The notes: generated from the letters alone by a model not told the origin. A stretch of 64,000 nt of DNA from an uncultured Candidatus Rokubacteria bacterium (GCA_963758635.1 CAVWWD010000004.1:192001-256000), one strand, 5' to 3'. Counted from the first letter of the stretch, positions 51,928-63,666 are shown. Numbers and translations are program-made.

Positions 51928-52653
51928 TCAGGATCTCCGCCGGCGCACGAGGGCCAGCATGGCGACGCCGAGGCCGACCCATGCGAGCGATGCCGGCGCG
52001 GGGACCGACGCACGGACGCCGCCGGGGTGGCTCAGGCTGACGTGCAAGGTGTAGTCGAGTCCGACCTGGGTGCCGCCAGCGGAAAAGGAGGAGTCGCCGG
52101 GGGGGCAACCAACGAGAACCGAGCCACCGCTGAAGCCGTCCGGGCGCGTCAAGGTGATGCCAAACGCGCAAAAGGCGCTGGGGATGTTGGGGAACTGTGA
52201 CACCGCGATGGAGTAGGTGCCGGGTCCGGGCAGGGGGAATGGCCCGAGGAAGGAATCGAGCCCGCTGAAGGTTCCCGGATCCTGCGGGACGGAGTCGGCG
52301 TCGACGCCGATGCGGGTGCCGTTCGGCGTGAACAGCGAGAGCACCGTGTCGAAGCTGAACGGGAAGTTGTCGATGTCGAACAGCGCGGAGCCGCCGGTCG
52401 CGGTGAACGAGTAGAAGTCGACATCGGAGCCGCCGCCGGCGCCCGAGATCGTGGCCGTCGGGAATCCCGGCGGGGCGAAGACCGTCGCGGGCACCGGCGT
52501 CGTGAAGGCCGAGGACGGGATCGCCTGCGCGGTGGCGCGCGTGTTGTTGGTGGCCGTGCCATCGATCTCGAATTCGACGACCGGCGCGGCGAGGGCCGGG
52601 GTTCCCACGGCCACGGCCAGCGCGACGACGGCAAGTCCAGCGAGCGTTCGCAT
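51928..52653 (-). CDS. PEP-CTERM-type exported protein with pre-peptidase C-terminal-like (PPC) domain
   Basis: GGGAGG RBS, signal, DVDFYSF, DTVLSLF, PGTYSIAV, C-terminal VPAPAS + TM + RRRR. Confidence 0.8.
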   Translation of the reverse strand: MRTLAGLAVVALAVAVGTPALAAPVVEFEIDGTATNNTRATAQAIPSSAFTTPVPATVFAPPGFPTATISGAGGGSDVDFYSFTATGGSALFDIDNFPFSFDTVLSLFTPNGTRIGVDADSVPQDPGTFSGLDSFLGPFPLPGPGTYSIAVSQFPNIPSAFCAFGITLTRPDGFSGGSVLVGCPPGDSSFSAGGTQVGLDYTLHVSLSHPGGVRASVPAPASLAWVGLGVAMLALVRRRRS

Positions 52654-52759
52654 GTGAGCCTCCCTTCGAGTGGTTCGCTCGTTTCGAGCCGTTCACTCCA
52701 GTGATCGCCGGAGGCCCCAGGGGCCGGGCCCCAGGGCCCCCGGCGCGGCGCCTCGACGA

Positions 52760-53419
52760 TCAGCGCGGCTGGGGCACGATCCGGATGTAGGGCTTCGGCG
52801 ACTTCCAGCCGCCCGGGTACTGCTTCTTCGCCTCCTCGTCCGACACCGCCGGGACGATGATCACGTCCTGGCCCTGCTTCCAGTTCACCGGCGTCGCCAC
52901 CTTGTGCTGCGCGGTCAGCTGGCAGGAGTCGAGCAGCCGCAGCACCTCGTCGAAGTTCCGCCCGGTGCTCATCGGGTACGTGAGCATGGCCTTGATCTTC
53001 TTGTCCGGCCCGATCACGAAGACCGAGCGGACCGTCGCGTTGTCCGCGGCGGTGCGGCCCTGCGCGGCGCCCGCCGTCTCCGCCGGGAGCATGTCGTAGG
53101 CCTTCGCCACCTTCATCTCCGGGTCGCCGACCAGGGGGTAGGTGAGCGCGTGCCCCTGGGTCTCCTCGATGTCCCTGGACCACCGCTCGTGATCGCTCAC
53201 CGAGTCCACGCTGAGGCCGAGGATCTTGCAGTTGCGCCGGTCGAACTCGGGCTTGAGACCGGCCATGTAGCCGAGCTCGGTCGTGCACACGGGCGTGAAG
53301 TTCTTCGGGTGGGAGAACAGGATCGCCCATCCGGTGCCGATCCACTGGTGGAAGTCGATCCGTCCCTGGGTCGTGTCCGCAGTGAAGTTGGGGGCCTCGC
53401 CGTTGATCCTGAGTGCCAT
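52760..53419 (-). CDS. Peroxiredoxin (Prx6/1-Cys family)
   Basis: FSHPKNFTPVCTTELG, TVRSVFVIGPDKKIK, YPMSTGRNFDEVLR, ATPVNW. Confidence 0.95.
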   Translation of the reverse strand: MALRINGEAPNFTADTTQGRIDFHQWIGTGWAILFSHPKNFTPVCTTELGYMAGLKPEFDRRNCKILGLSVDSVSDHERWSRDIEETQGHALTYPLVGDPEMKVAKAYDMLPAETAGAAQGRTAADNATVRSVFVIGPDKKIKAMLTYPMSTGRNFDEVLRLLDSCQLTAQHKVATPVNWKQGQDVIIVPAVSDEEAKKQYPGGWKSPKPYIRIVPQPR

Positions 53420-53497
53420 GTGCCGTTACCTCCAGCGGTTGAGGGTGTGAAGGCTGATGCGTCGCGGCCATTCCGCGCGGAGCCACCATCGCGCCAT

Positions 53498-53562
53498 GGC
53501 GTGATCGCGGCGTGATCGCCCGGCGCGCCTGCGGGCGGCGACGCCCCCGCGACGATCACGCC
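53498..53562. promoter_or_regulatory. 11-bp tandem repeat plus inverted copy; candidate operator for the BTAD regulator
   Basis: GGCGTGATCGC at 53498-53508 and 53509-53519; near-identical copy on the minus strand at 53552-53562. Confidence 0.5.
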
Positions 53563-53598
53563 GCGTGCAATAATCGGTGGCCCCTCGAGACCCCCACG

Positions 53599-56500
53599 AT
53601 GACGTCGCGGCTCCGTCTCACCCTGCTTGGCGGCTTCGGGGCCCACCTGGGCTCCGGCGAGCCTGCCGCACTGCCCAGCCAGAAAGCGCGGGCGCTGCTG
53701 GCCTTCCTCGCCCTGCACGCCGGTCGGCCCCAGCCGCGGGCCAAGCTCATGGCGCTGCTCTGGGGCGAGTCGCCCGATCGCCAGGCCGCCCAGAGCCTCC
53801 GGCGCGCGCTCTACCTGATCCGGCGCGCTCTCGGGCGCGGCGCCGCCGGCGCGCTGGTGATCGACGGGGATGGCGTGTCCCTCGACGCCGCCGGGCTGGA
53901 GGTCGATGTCCTCGAGCTCGAGCGCCTGACCGCCGGCGACGCGCCCGGCGACCTGGAGCGCGCGACCGCGCTTCACCGCGGAGAGCTGCTCGAGGGCCTG
54001 GATGCCGCGTCGAGCCAGTTCGAGGGCTGGCTACGCGATGAGCGCTTGCGCGTCTTCGAGATGGCCGTCCAGGGCGCGGCCAGGCTCCTCGCCCATCATC
54101 TCCGCGACGGCCAGTACGAGGCGGCGGCCCGGGCGGCCGCGCACGTGGTCGCCCTGGATCCCGCGCAGGAGGCCGTGCACCGGGCGCTGATGCGCCTGCA
54201 CGCCGAGCACGGCCGGCGCGCCGCGGCGCTCCGGCAGTATCAGGTGTGCGTCGACGCGCTCCGGCGCGAGCTGGGCACGGAGCCCGAGCCGGAGACGACC
54301 GAGCTGTACCTGGAGATCCTGCGCGCCGCCCGCGCCGGCCGGCGCGGCGGCGGGAGCGGGACCGGACGAGGCGCCCCGCCCGGCCGGCGAGATCCCGCTC
54401 ATCGGACGCGACGCCGAGCTGGTGGCCCTGCGACACGCGCTCGACGAGGCCTGCCGAGGCCATGGCCGCCTCGTGGTGATCTCCGGCGAGGCGGGCATCG
54501 GCAAGACGCGCTTGCTGGCGGAGCTGCGCGTCGAGGCGGCGGCGCGCGACACGCGCGTGCTGCTCGGGCACTGTCACCAGACCGAGCAGGTGCTGCCGTT
54601 CCGCCCCATCATCGAGTGCCTCCGCGCCGGCGGGCTCGCCGCCGATTCCGCGCTGCTGGCCCAGCTGTCGCCGGCAACCCGGACGGACCTGGCCCGCCTG
54701 CTTCCCGAGCTGGCCGATCCCTCGGAGGCGCCGGCCGCGGGCGCCGCCGCTCACCTCACGTGGCTCTTCGAGGCGCTCCTCGCGCTGGTCGATCGCGCCG
54801 CCGCGCGCGAGCCCATCGTGCTCATGCTGGAGGACGTGCACTGGGCCGACGAGATGACGGCCCGCTGGCTCGCCTTCGCGGGACGCCGGCTCCCGGGGCT
54901 CCGCGCCCTGCTGGCGGTCACGATGCGCGACGAGGACGTGGAGGACGCCCCCACCCTCGCCATGGCGCTCGGCGAGCTGGCCGGCGCGCCGGGCGTCCTG
55001 CGCCTCGGTCTCGAGCCGCTGTCCGAGCGGGGCACGCGCGACCTGGTCGCCGTGCTGAGCCGCGCCCGCGAGCGGGCGGGCCGGGCGGTCTCCACGCAAT
55101 CGGGGGTGTGGCGGATCAGCGACGGCAACCCGTTCGTGATCGTCGAGGCCGTGCGGGAGATCCTCGAGCGCGGCGGGGCCGGGCTGATCGAGGAGGGAGG
55201 CGTGCCGCACCGCGTCCGCGAGATGATCGAGGCGCGGATGCAGCGGCTCGGCGAGCCGATCCGGCACGTCATGACGGTGGCCGCCGTCGCGGGCCAGCCG
55301 GTGGCGCTCGATCTCCTGAGCCGGGCGGCCGGGATGGGCGAGCGGGAGACCGCCGAGGCGGTGGAGCAGCTCGTGCGCCGGCGCATCCTGCACGGCGTGG
55401 AGGAGCGGCTCGACTTCGCCCACGATCGCATCCGCCAGACCGCCTACCAGGCCGTGCTGCCGGCGCGGCGGCGCGCGCTCCATCGCGCGGTGGGGGAGGC
55501 GCTGGAGGCGACCGCGAGCGGGCCGCGCGCGGACCTGGAGGATCGGCTCGCGCATCACTTCTCCCAGGCGGGCGTGGCCGACCGCGCGGTGGCCTACCTC
55601 GCCCGCTTCGCCGAGACGGCGCGGCGGAGGAACGCGCTCGACGAGGCGACGCGTTCGCTGGACCGGGCCCTGGCCATGGTGGACGAGCTCGGGGACGTGG
55701 AGCGAGATCGGGTTCGCCTCGACCTGCTCGTGCGCAAGGCGTTCCTCCTCGCGCTGGGCAACCGCCCTCGCGAGGTGCTGACGCTCCTGGCCCCGCACCG
55801 CGACCTGGTCGAGTCGCTCGGCGATCCCGCCGCCGCGGGGCCGTACCTCTTCCGTCTCGGCATGAGCTACGCGCAGCTGGGCGACGCGGGGGAGGCGGAG
55901 CGCCTCGGCCGGCGCACGGTGGAGGAAGGCACGCGGGCGCGGGACACGACGACGATCGGCCTCGGGCATCACCTGCTGGCCTTCCGCGCGCACCTCGGCG
56001 GCCACCGGTTCCGCGAGGGCGCCGAGCACGCTCGCCAGGCCGTGGCGCATCTCGAAGGGGCCGGCGAGACGCACTATCGCGGGCTCGCGTACTGGGTGCT
56101 CTCCCACCACCTCCTGTACCTGGGCCAGTTCGGGCCCGCGCTGGAGGCGGTGGGCCGGGTCGAGGCCATCGCCGAGCGACTGCGCGAGCCGCGCCTCTAC
56201 AGCTTCGGCGCCGTGCGGAGCTTCATCCTGGCCAGCCGCGGCGAGTGGGAGGAGGCGGTGCGCCACGGCGAGCGCGCCCTCGGGCGCGCCGTGGACCCCG
56301 TCAGCGCCGCCGTCGCCCTGTCCGCGCTGGGCTATGCGCACGCGCAGGGTGGCGACGCCGACCGGGCCGTCTCCGCCTTGGTCGAGGGCCGGGACAACGT
56401 CCGGCGCCTCTACGTGTCCCGGGCGACCGATGCGCGATTCAGCGCGTTCCTGGCCGACGCCTACCTGCTCAAGGGTGACGCCGCCGAGGCGCGCGTCGTC

Positions 56501-56833
56501 GCGCTCGAGGCCCGCGAGTTCGGACGCGAGGGCGGCTACGAATGGGGCGAGGTCTGGGCCGAGCGCGCCCTGGGCCGCGCCGCGCACGCGCTCGGCGATC
56601 CGGCCGCCGGGGTGACCCACCTGCGCGCCGCGCGCGAGCGCTTCGCGGCCCTGGAGGCCGCCTTCGAGACGGCGCGCACCGCGTTCCACCTGGCGGAGGC
56701 GCTGTCCGCGGTCGGCGACGCGGCGGCGGCGGCGGTCGCGGCGGGCCAGGCGCAGGACGGCTTCGCCGCGCTCGACGTGCCGATCTGGACCGCGCGCGCG
56801 GCCGAGCTGGCCCGGCGGCTCGCGCCGGGATGA
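53599..56833 (+). CDS. BTAD (SARP/AfsR-like) transcriptional regulator with AAA ATPase and TPR region (frameshift near 54380)
   Basis: LTLLGGF, KARALLAFLAL, ALLW, DPAQEAVHRALM, ELGTEP; SGEAGIGKTRL Walker A, LEDVHWAD Walker B, GNPF, FAHDRIR. Confidence 0.9.
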
Positions 56834-56843
56834 GCGCGATCAG

Positions 56844-58031
56844 CTACCGCGAGATGCTGAGGCGCTCGCGGCCGTAGTTGTCCTCGTCGTGCCAGGGCTT
56901 GCCCTCGGCGAAGCGCGAGGCGCGGAACGGCGCCAGGTCCACGAGCCCGGGCTTGCCCTCGACGATCCACTCGGCGAGGCACCGGCCGATGGCGGGCGAG
57001 GTCTTGAACGACGTGCCCGAGTCGCCGAGCATCACGTAGAGGCCGTCGGCGCCGGGCGCGCGGTCGATGATCGGCCGGCCGTCGGGGCTCATCATGATCA
57101 TGCCCGCCCATCCGCCGCGCATCGTGGCCTGGCTGAAGGCGGGGATGCGCGCGGAGAGCTTCTCCCGGCAGAGCCCGACGTAGTCGGCGTCCACGCCCTC
57201 GTCGAACTTGTCCGGGTCGTCGTCGGCCTGGTGCACGCCGAGCTCCACGCCGATCAGCGTGGCCTGGGCGCCCTCCGGCCGCATCCAGGACTTGTGCACG
57301 GCGTCGATGATGACGGGATGCCGGACCTGCCAGCCCGCGGGCCAGCGGAACACCGAGATCTGCACGCGATGGGGCAGGAGGCCCAGCTCGAAGCCGAGCG
57401 GGGCCAGGAGCCGGCTCGACCACGCGCCGGGCACGGCCACGACCACCGGGCTGTCGATGCGGCCCTGGGTCGTCTCGACGCCCGCCACCTTCCCGCCGGC
57501 CACGAGCACGCGCGTCACCTCGCAGTGCGTGCGGATGGTCGCGCCGTTCCGCCGCGCCGCCTCCGCGAACGAGTAGGCGGTGGCGTTCGGGTCGGCGAAG
57601 CCGGAGTCCGGCTCGTACGCGACCGCGCCGATGTCGTCCACGCGGCAGCCGGGCACGAGCCGCGCGACGTCGTCCGTCCCCACCTCGCGCGTGTTGATGC
57701 CGAGCGCCTGCTGCCGCGCCACGTTCCGCCGGAGGGCGGCCTCGTAGCCGGCGGGCACGAGCTGGAGGAAGCCCGCGCGCTCGAAGCCGCAGTCGCCGCC
57801 CACCACGTTGGCGAAGTCGTGGAAGACCTTCAGGCTCTCGTGGGCGAGGCGCGACTCGGTCTCGTTGGTGTAGTGCATGCGGACGAGGGAGCCGGACTTC
57901 CCGGTGGCGCCGGCGGCAAGCTGGCGGCGCTCCACCAGCGTGACGTTCTTGACGCCGAGCCGGGTCAGCTGGAAGGCCGTGCTGGTGCCGTTGGCGCCGC
58001 CTCCGATCACGATCACGTCCGCGTGTGGCAT
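56844..58031 (-). CDS. FAD-dependent oxidoreductase (DAO/sarcosine oxidase beta-like)
   Basis: DVIVIGGGANG, GATGKSGSLVR, GAWS, SPDGRPII, SGTSFKTSPAIG. Confidence 0.92.
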   Translation of the reverse strand: MPHADVIVIGGGANGTSTAFQLTRLGVKNVTLVERRQLAAGATGKSGSLVRMHYTNETESRLAHESLKVFHDFANVVGGDCGFERAGFLQLVPAGYEAALRRNVARQQALGINTREVGTDDVARLVPGCRVDDIGAVAYEPDSGFADPNATAYSFAEAARRNGATIRTHCEVTRVLVAGGKVAGVETTQGRIDSPVVVAVPGAWSSRLLAPLGFELGLLPHRVQISVFRWPAGWQVRHPVIIDAVHKSWMRPEGAQATLIGVELGVHQADDDPDKFDEGVDADYVGLCREKLSARIPAFSQATMRGGWAGMIMMSPDGRPIIDRAPGADGLYVMLGDSGTSFKTSPAIGRCLAEWIVEGKPGLVDLAPFRASRFAEGKPWHDEDNYGRERLSISR

Positions 58032-58177
58032 TGGGGGACTCCTTCTCTCACATTTTCCACGTGGCGCGGCCCTGGAACTGCCCACGCGGGTCACATCGCG
58101 CGTGTGCGTCCTGGCGCCAGACCCGTCACGCGGGCGTGACAGACCGCCGGCATTGTGCCACGGGCGGCCGCGTGGTT

Positions 58178-59200
58178 CTATATAGAAGGGGCGCCGTCGC
58201 CCAGGACCACGCGGCGGGCGGCGCGGTCGAAGCCGCGCGGCTGGGCCTCCCGCGCGACCCGGGCGGCAAAGGCGCTGGGGGTCGCGTCGATGTCGCGTTG
58301 GGCGGCGCTTTCGATGGCCGCCGAGTAGGTGACCGAAGCTGCATCGCGCACGGGGGTGCCCTCGGCGTCGCGCCCCTCCGCGCTCCAGACCGTGGAGAGT
58401 TTGACTTCACGCGTCTTGGCCGAGCCGTCGGGCGGCTCGCCGGGGCGCCCCTGCAGCTCCGAGGCGCGCATGGGCACGCCCGTGCAGTCCAGGCCGAGGT
58501 ACAGCGTGGCGCCACGGCCTCGGTGGCGGCGGGCGCCTCCACGACCGCGCGTTCGTCTTGGGCGATCGCGCGCCCCAGGGCTTCGGCCGCGCGCTCCACG
58601 TGCTTGGTGAGGAAGGCCACGCCGGCCAACTCCCGCACGAGCTCGTGGCCCTCCTGGAAGCTGACGAGGGCGCCGACGAGCCCCACCATGCGCAGCACCC
58701 CGGGCGACAGCGAGGCCCCCGTGACCCCGAGCGCCGCATCGCGCGGGCAGAACCCCGCCGCACAGGGGCCGCAGTGAAAGTACGCGCGCTCGATCCGCAG
58801 CGGCCCCAGGACGCTGATCACGGTCTTGGTCCGGCGGTCGACATAGCGCGCCGGGGCGCTGCAGCGGGGGCACGGCGCCGGACCGCCGCCGGCGTCCGAG
58901 GTGTCCGCGTTGATCCGTTGCTCGACGGCGCGCGCCGCGACCCGCAGCGCCTCGCGGCGGGCCGCCTGCTCGATCGCCTCGAAGTCCCACTCCGCGACGG
59001 CGTCGGAGCCGACGAGCGCGGTCGATCTCCGCGACGACTTCCGTCGTGACGGCCGCCTGGAGCCCCCTTTTTCGGCCGCGTCGGTCGCGGCCTCCCCGTC
59101 CAGGTGGGCATCGGCCCACTGCTCGCAGGCCTCCCAGAAGGCATCGACGTGGCGACGGAACTGCTGCCCGGCCGCGATCTGCTGCCGTGTGCCGGTAGGG
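58178..59200 (-). mobile_element. ISKra4-family transposase remnant (truncated, frameshifted)
   Basis: CPRC...LGPLRIERAYFHCGPC..GFCPRD, LDxTGVPMR, KTREVK, VVLGDGA followed by premature stop; AAAAAGGGGG slippery-like site near 59070 after a short upstream ORF. Confidence 0.8.
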
Positions 59201-59319
59201 CGCCGGCTTGACTCCGCCCGGGAAACGCTCTATAACTCAACACGATTTCATCGGCCGGAACCCGGCCGGGCCCGTCAGCGTTGACCGTAGGAACCACCAA
59301 TCGTCGATCCACGGAGGGT

Positions 59320-60870
59320 ATGACCATGAAGCTTTCGCGACGCAAGCTCCTGCAGGGCGCCGCGGCCGCCGGCGCCGCCGCCGCGGCTGGCCCGCTGGCC
59401 CGCCCGGCTCACGCCCAGAGCACCCAGAAGCGCGAGCTGGTGGTGGGCCAGGGCGGCGACATCGCCTACCTGGATCCGCACCTCAGCACCTCGTCGAACG
59501 ACATCCGCGTGTCGTTCAACCTCTACGACAACCTGACGAGCCGCCGCCCCGACGGCAAGCTGGCCCCGGGCCTCGCCACGGAGTGGAAGCTCCAGGGGCA
59601 GACCGCATGGGTGTTCAAGCTGCGCTCCGGCGTGAGGTGGCACAACGGCGATCCGTTCACGTCGGCCGACGCGAAGTTCAGCATCGAGCGCACGCTGGAC
59701 ACCAGCCTCAAGGGCAACCGCGTGAGCACCGTCCTCACCACGGTGGAGCGCGTCGAGGCGCCCGACCCCGCGACCGTCATCGTCCACACCAAGAAGCCCG
59801 ACCCGCTGCTGCCGGCGCGGCTCGGCTTCTATGGCGGCCAGATGGTCCCGAAGAAGTACATCGAGGGCGTGACCGCGGAGACGTTCAACCTGAAGCCCGT
59901 GGGCACCGGCCCGGTGCGCTTCGTGTCGTGGACCAAGGACGACCGCGTGGTGCTCGAGGCCAACGGCGACTACTGGGGCGGCAAGCCCGACTTCGATCGG
60001 CTGATCATCCGCGCCGTGCCGGAGATGGCCCCGCGCGTGGCCGCCCTCATCAAGGGCGAGGTGGACATCGTCACGCAGCTCCCGCCCGACCAGGGCGAGC
60101 GCGTGAAGGCCAACGCGAGCACCACGGTGGCCGGCGCGCTCTACGGCGGCCTCTACGTCCTCGCCGTGAACTCGAAGCGGCCGCCGCTCGACAACCCGCT
60201 CGTGAAGCAGGCGCTGTCGCTGGCCATCGACCGCGAGCTGATCATCAAGGAGCTGTGGCGCGGCCGCGGCATCGTGCCGAGCGGCATGATCGCCAAGGGC
60301 GACAACCACTTCGACGCCTCGCTGCCCGCGCTCGCCTACAACCCCACGGAGGCGAAGGAGCGGCTCAAGAAGGCCGGGTACAAGAACGAGGAGATCTTCA
60401 TCGAGACCACCGCCGGCTACCTCGCGGGGGACAAGCCCATGGCCGAGGCCGTCCAGGCGATGTGGAAGGACGTCGGCGTCAACGCCAAGGTCGAGGTGTT
60501 CGAGTTCTCCGTGCGGTCGCAGAAGATGCGCGACAAGAGCTTCAAGGGCATGTACTGGTCGGATCCCACCTCCACGCTCCGCGATCCCGACGGCATGGTC
60601 TGGCGCCTGATCGGGCCGGGCGGCCCCCAGGACTACTGGCGGCATCCGGAGTTCGACGAGCTGGGCGCCGCCGCTCGCTTCTCGGTGGACGAGAAGTTCC
60701 GCGGCGACGCGTACAAGAAGATGACCAAGGTCTTCCTCGAGCACTTCCCCTGGATTCCCGTCGTCCAGCCCTACGAGGACTACGGCCTGCAGAAGCACGT
60801 GGAGTGGACGCCGGACCCGCTGCAGCAGCTCGAGATCCGTCGCTTCAACTTCAAGTTCCGCCGGGCCTGA
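59320..60870 (+). CDS. ABC transporter substrate-binding protein (family 5), Tat signal
   Basis: SRRKLLQ Tat motif, LDPH, LYDNL, GLATEW, PVGTGP; GGAGG RBS. Confidence 0.94.
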   Translation: MTMKLSRRKLLQGAAAAGAAAAAGPLARPAHAQSTQKRELVVGQGGDIAYLDPHLSTSSNDIRVSFNLYDNLTSRRPDGKLAPGLATEWKLQGQTAWVFKLRSGVRWHNGDPFTSADAKFSIERTLDTSLKGNRVSTVLTTVERVEAPDPATVIVHTKKPDPLLPARLGFYGGQMVPKKYIEGVTAETFNLKPVGTGPVRFVSWTKDDRVVLEANGDYWGGKPDFDRLIIRAVPEMAPRVAALIKGEVDIVTQLPPDQGERVKANASTTVAGALYGGLYVLAVNSKRPPLDNPLVKQALSLAIDRELIIKELWRGRGIVPSGMIAKGDNHFDASLPALAYNPTEAKERLKKAGYKNEEIFIETTAGYLAGDKPMAEAVQAMWKDVGVNAKVEVFEFSVRSQKMRDKSFKGMYWSDPTSTLRDPDGMVWRLIGPGGPQDYWRHPEFDELGAAARFSVDEKFRGDAYKKMTKVFLEHFPWIPVVQPYEDYGLQKHVEWTPDPLQQLEIRRFNFKFRRA

Positions 60871-60921
60871 GCCCGGGGCCGGGCCGGGGCGCCGGAAGCG
60901 CGCGCCCCGGCCCGGTGGCTC

Positions 60922-61849
60922 ATGCGCGCCTTCCTCGTCTTCCTCGCCGGTCGCGTCGGTCGCGCCCTCGTCGCGCTGTGGCTGGTGTCCACCGTCGTCT
61001 TCGTGGTGATGCGGCTGTCCGGGCGACCCCGTTCCGCTGCTGCTGCCCCCCGACGCGCCGCGCAGCGAGATCTTCCGCGTGCGCGCCGAGCTGGGCCTCG
61101 ACCGGCCGCTGCCCGTGCAGTACGGCGTCTTCCTCGGCAACGTGCTGCGCGGCGACTTCGGCCAGTCCATCCGGGTCAAGTCGACCGCGCTCGCCGTGGT
61201 GGTGGAGCGGCTGCCCGCGACCCTCGAGCTGGGCCTCACCGCGTTCGGCCTCGCCATCGTCGTCGCCATCCCCATCGGCGTGCTCTCCGCCGTCCGTCGC
61301 AACACCCTGATCGACCACGCCGCGATGACCCTCGCCCTCGTGGGCCAGTCCGCGCCCACGTTCTTCATGGGCATCCTGTTCATCCTGCTCGTGTCGGTGA
61401 AGGCGGGGCTCCTGCCCACGTCCGGCCGGGGCACGTGGCAGCAGCTCGTGCTGCCCGCGGTGACCCTCGGGCTCTTCGCGATGGCGTCGGTGGCCCGGCT
61501 CACCCGCTCGGCCGTGCTCGAGGTGCTCCACGCCGACTACATCCGCACCGCCCGCGCCAAGGGCCTCGCCGAGACCCTCGTGGTCGCCAAGCACACGCTC
61601 AAGAACGCGGCGATCCCCATCGTGACCATCACCGGGCTGCAGTTCGGCGGCCTGCTCGCCGGCGCCGTGGTGACGGAGACGGTGTTCGCGTGGCCCGGCA
61701 TCGGGCGCCTCGCCATCCAGTCGATCTACAACCGCGACTATCCCGTCGTGCAGTGCGTGGTGTTCCTGTCCGCGGCGATGTTCGTGGTCGTCAACCTCGT
61801 CATCGACATGATCTATGGCCTCCTCGATCCCCGCATCCGCGTCCGGTGA
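60922..61849 (+). CDS. ABC transporter permease (DppB-like), frameshift near 61022
   Basis: LGLDRPL.VQY, RLPATLEL, DYIRTARAKG, VVTETVFAWPGIG, LDPRIR. Confidence 0.93.
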
Positions 61850-62723
61850 TCTCGCCGTCGCCTCCGCCGCGCGGGCGGCGGGGCGTCGCTCCCGGCGCGC
61901 GCGTCGGCTGACCGCGGCGGGGCTCGGCTTCGTCCTCCTGCTCACGGCGGTGGCGCTGGCCGCGCCGTGGCTCGCGCCCCAGGACCCCACGCGGCAGTCG
62001 CTGCGCGCGCGGCTGGCGGCGCCCACCTGGGAGGCGCCGGACGGGAAGTCCCATCTCCTCGGCACCGATCACCTGGGCCGCGACGTCCTCTCGCGGATGG
62101 TGTACGGCTCGCGCGTCTCGCTGCTGGTGGGCTTCGCCGCCGTGCTCGTGGGCGGCCTCGTGGGTTCGGCCCTCGGCCTCGTCGCCGGGTTCCGCGGCGG
62201 CTGGGTCGACACCGCGATCATGACGGTGGCCGACGCCCAGCTCGCGTTCCCGTTCATCCTGCTCGCCATCGGCATCATCGCCGTGCTGGGCCCCAGCTTC
62301 CCGACGCTGATCATGGTCATCGGCCTGTCCGGCTGGGTGTCCTACGCGCGCATCCTGCGCTCGCAGGTGCTCGGCCTGCGCCACCGCGAGTTCGTGGACG
62401 CGGTGCACGCGCTCGGCGGCGGCGCGCTCCGCATCATCTGGAAGCACGTGGTCCCCAACGTGCTCTCGTCGCTGGTAGTCATCGCCACGCTCGAGCTGGC
62501 CCGGGCCATCGTGCTCGAGGCGACGCTCTCGTTCCTGGGCCTCGGCGTCCAGCCGCCCACGCCGTCGTGGGGCGGCATGGTGCAGGAGGGCCGCGAGCAC
62601 CTGGACTCGGCCTGGTGGATCTCGACCTTCCCCGGGATCCTGCTCATGATGACGTCGATCGTGGTGAGCCGCACCGGCGACTGGCTGCGCGACCTCCTCG
62701 ACCCCACGCTGCGCGGCGAGTAG
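61840..62723 (+). CDS. ABC transporter permease (DppC-like), start uncertain
   Basis: HLLGTDHLGRD, YGSRVSL, LSFLGLGVQPPTPSWG, GDWLRDLLDP. Confidence 0.93.
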
Positions 62724-63370
62724 TGGCGCGCTCGCTCCGGCTGATCGAGCACGACCTGGCTCCCGGCGCCGGCCTCTCGCTGCCCGCCGCGGTGCGCGTG
62801 CTCTTCGCCGCCACCGGCGAGGCGACCGTCACGAGCGCCGGCGCCGCACGACCGCTCGACGCCGGCCATGCCTGGCACGGCGCCGGGAGGCGTGTGGAGT
62901 GACAACCGCCTCGGGCGCGCGACTGCTCCGGTTCGAGCTGGTGCGCCAGCCGCCTCCGCCGGTGGGCGAGGGCCGCGCCATGCTCGAGCATCCGCTGGCG
63001 CTGTCCGGCGAGGACGCCTGGCTGATCCGCTGCGACCGCGTCGACTTCGCCCCGGCCGGCGTCGCCCTGCCGCACCGCCACCGCGGCGGCGGCATCCGCA
63101 GCCTGCTCCGCGGCTCGCTGACCGTGACCGTCGGCGACGGCCCGCCGCGCGCTGATGCGTCCCGGCGATCCATGGTTCGAGAGCGGCCGCGAGCCCGTCC
63201 TCGCGGTCGCGGCGCCCGACGCGGACACCAGCTTCGTCCGCGTCTCCATCCTCCCCGCCGAGATCCAGGGCCGATCGTCCATCCTCTACGTGGACCCCGC
63301 CGACGCCACCCGCAGCCGCCCCCGCACCTACACGGTCTACGTCGACGAGATCCTGAAGCATCTGCCCTGA
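62723..63370 (+). CDS. Cupin-fold protein (frameshifts near 62890 and 63150)
   Basis: CDRVDF..AGVALPHRH.GGGIR.LL.G, PGDPWFESG.EPV. Confidence 0.65.
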
Positions 63371-63479
63371 GGCCGCTCGACCGGGACGATCGCGGTGGGG
63401 GGACCGCAAGCAGTGGGAGGAGACGTCGGCTCGCGGACTGAAGGTCGTGTCCGTCATGCGGAGGAGGCAACAGCGGATG

Positions 63480-63639
63480 GAGGGGGGACGGAGGGGGAGG
63501 CACCCGGGGTCGCGGGGCCCTTCCCCGCCATCGGTCAGCGGAGATCGCCGCGCCCGGATGGAGCCCAGCCGCAACGGGGCAGCGCACGCGTGCGGCGTGG
63601 CTCCGCGATCCCCGGTGCCTCCCCCTCCGTCCTGCCCTC
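63480..63639. repeat. Long imperfect inverted repeat (MITE/REP-like) between convergent genes
   Basis: GGACGGAGGGGGAGGCACCCGGGGTCGCGGGGCC pairs with GGCTCCGCGATCCCCGGTGCCTCCCCCTCCGTCC. Confidence 0.65.
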
Positions 63640-63666
63640 GCGCGCCTGATTCGCGCGGCGTGAACG

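Noticed and set aside
52760..53419. Additional selenoproteins (peroxiredoxin, rhodanese, NrdJ)
   Set aside because: Their catalytic positions are ordinary Cys codons; no in-frame TGA seen
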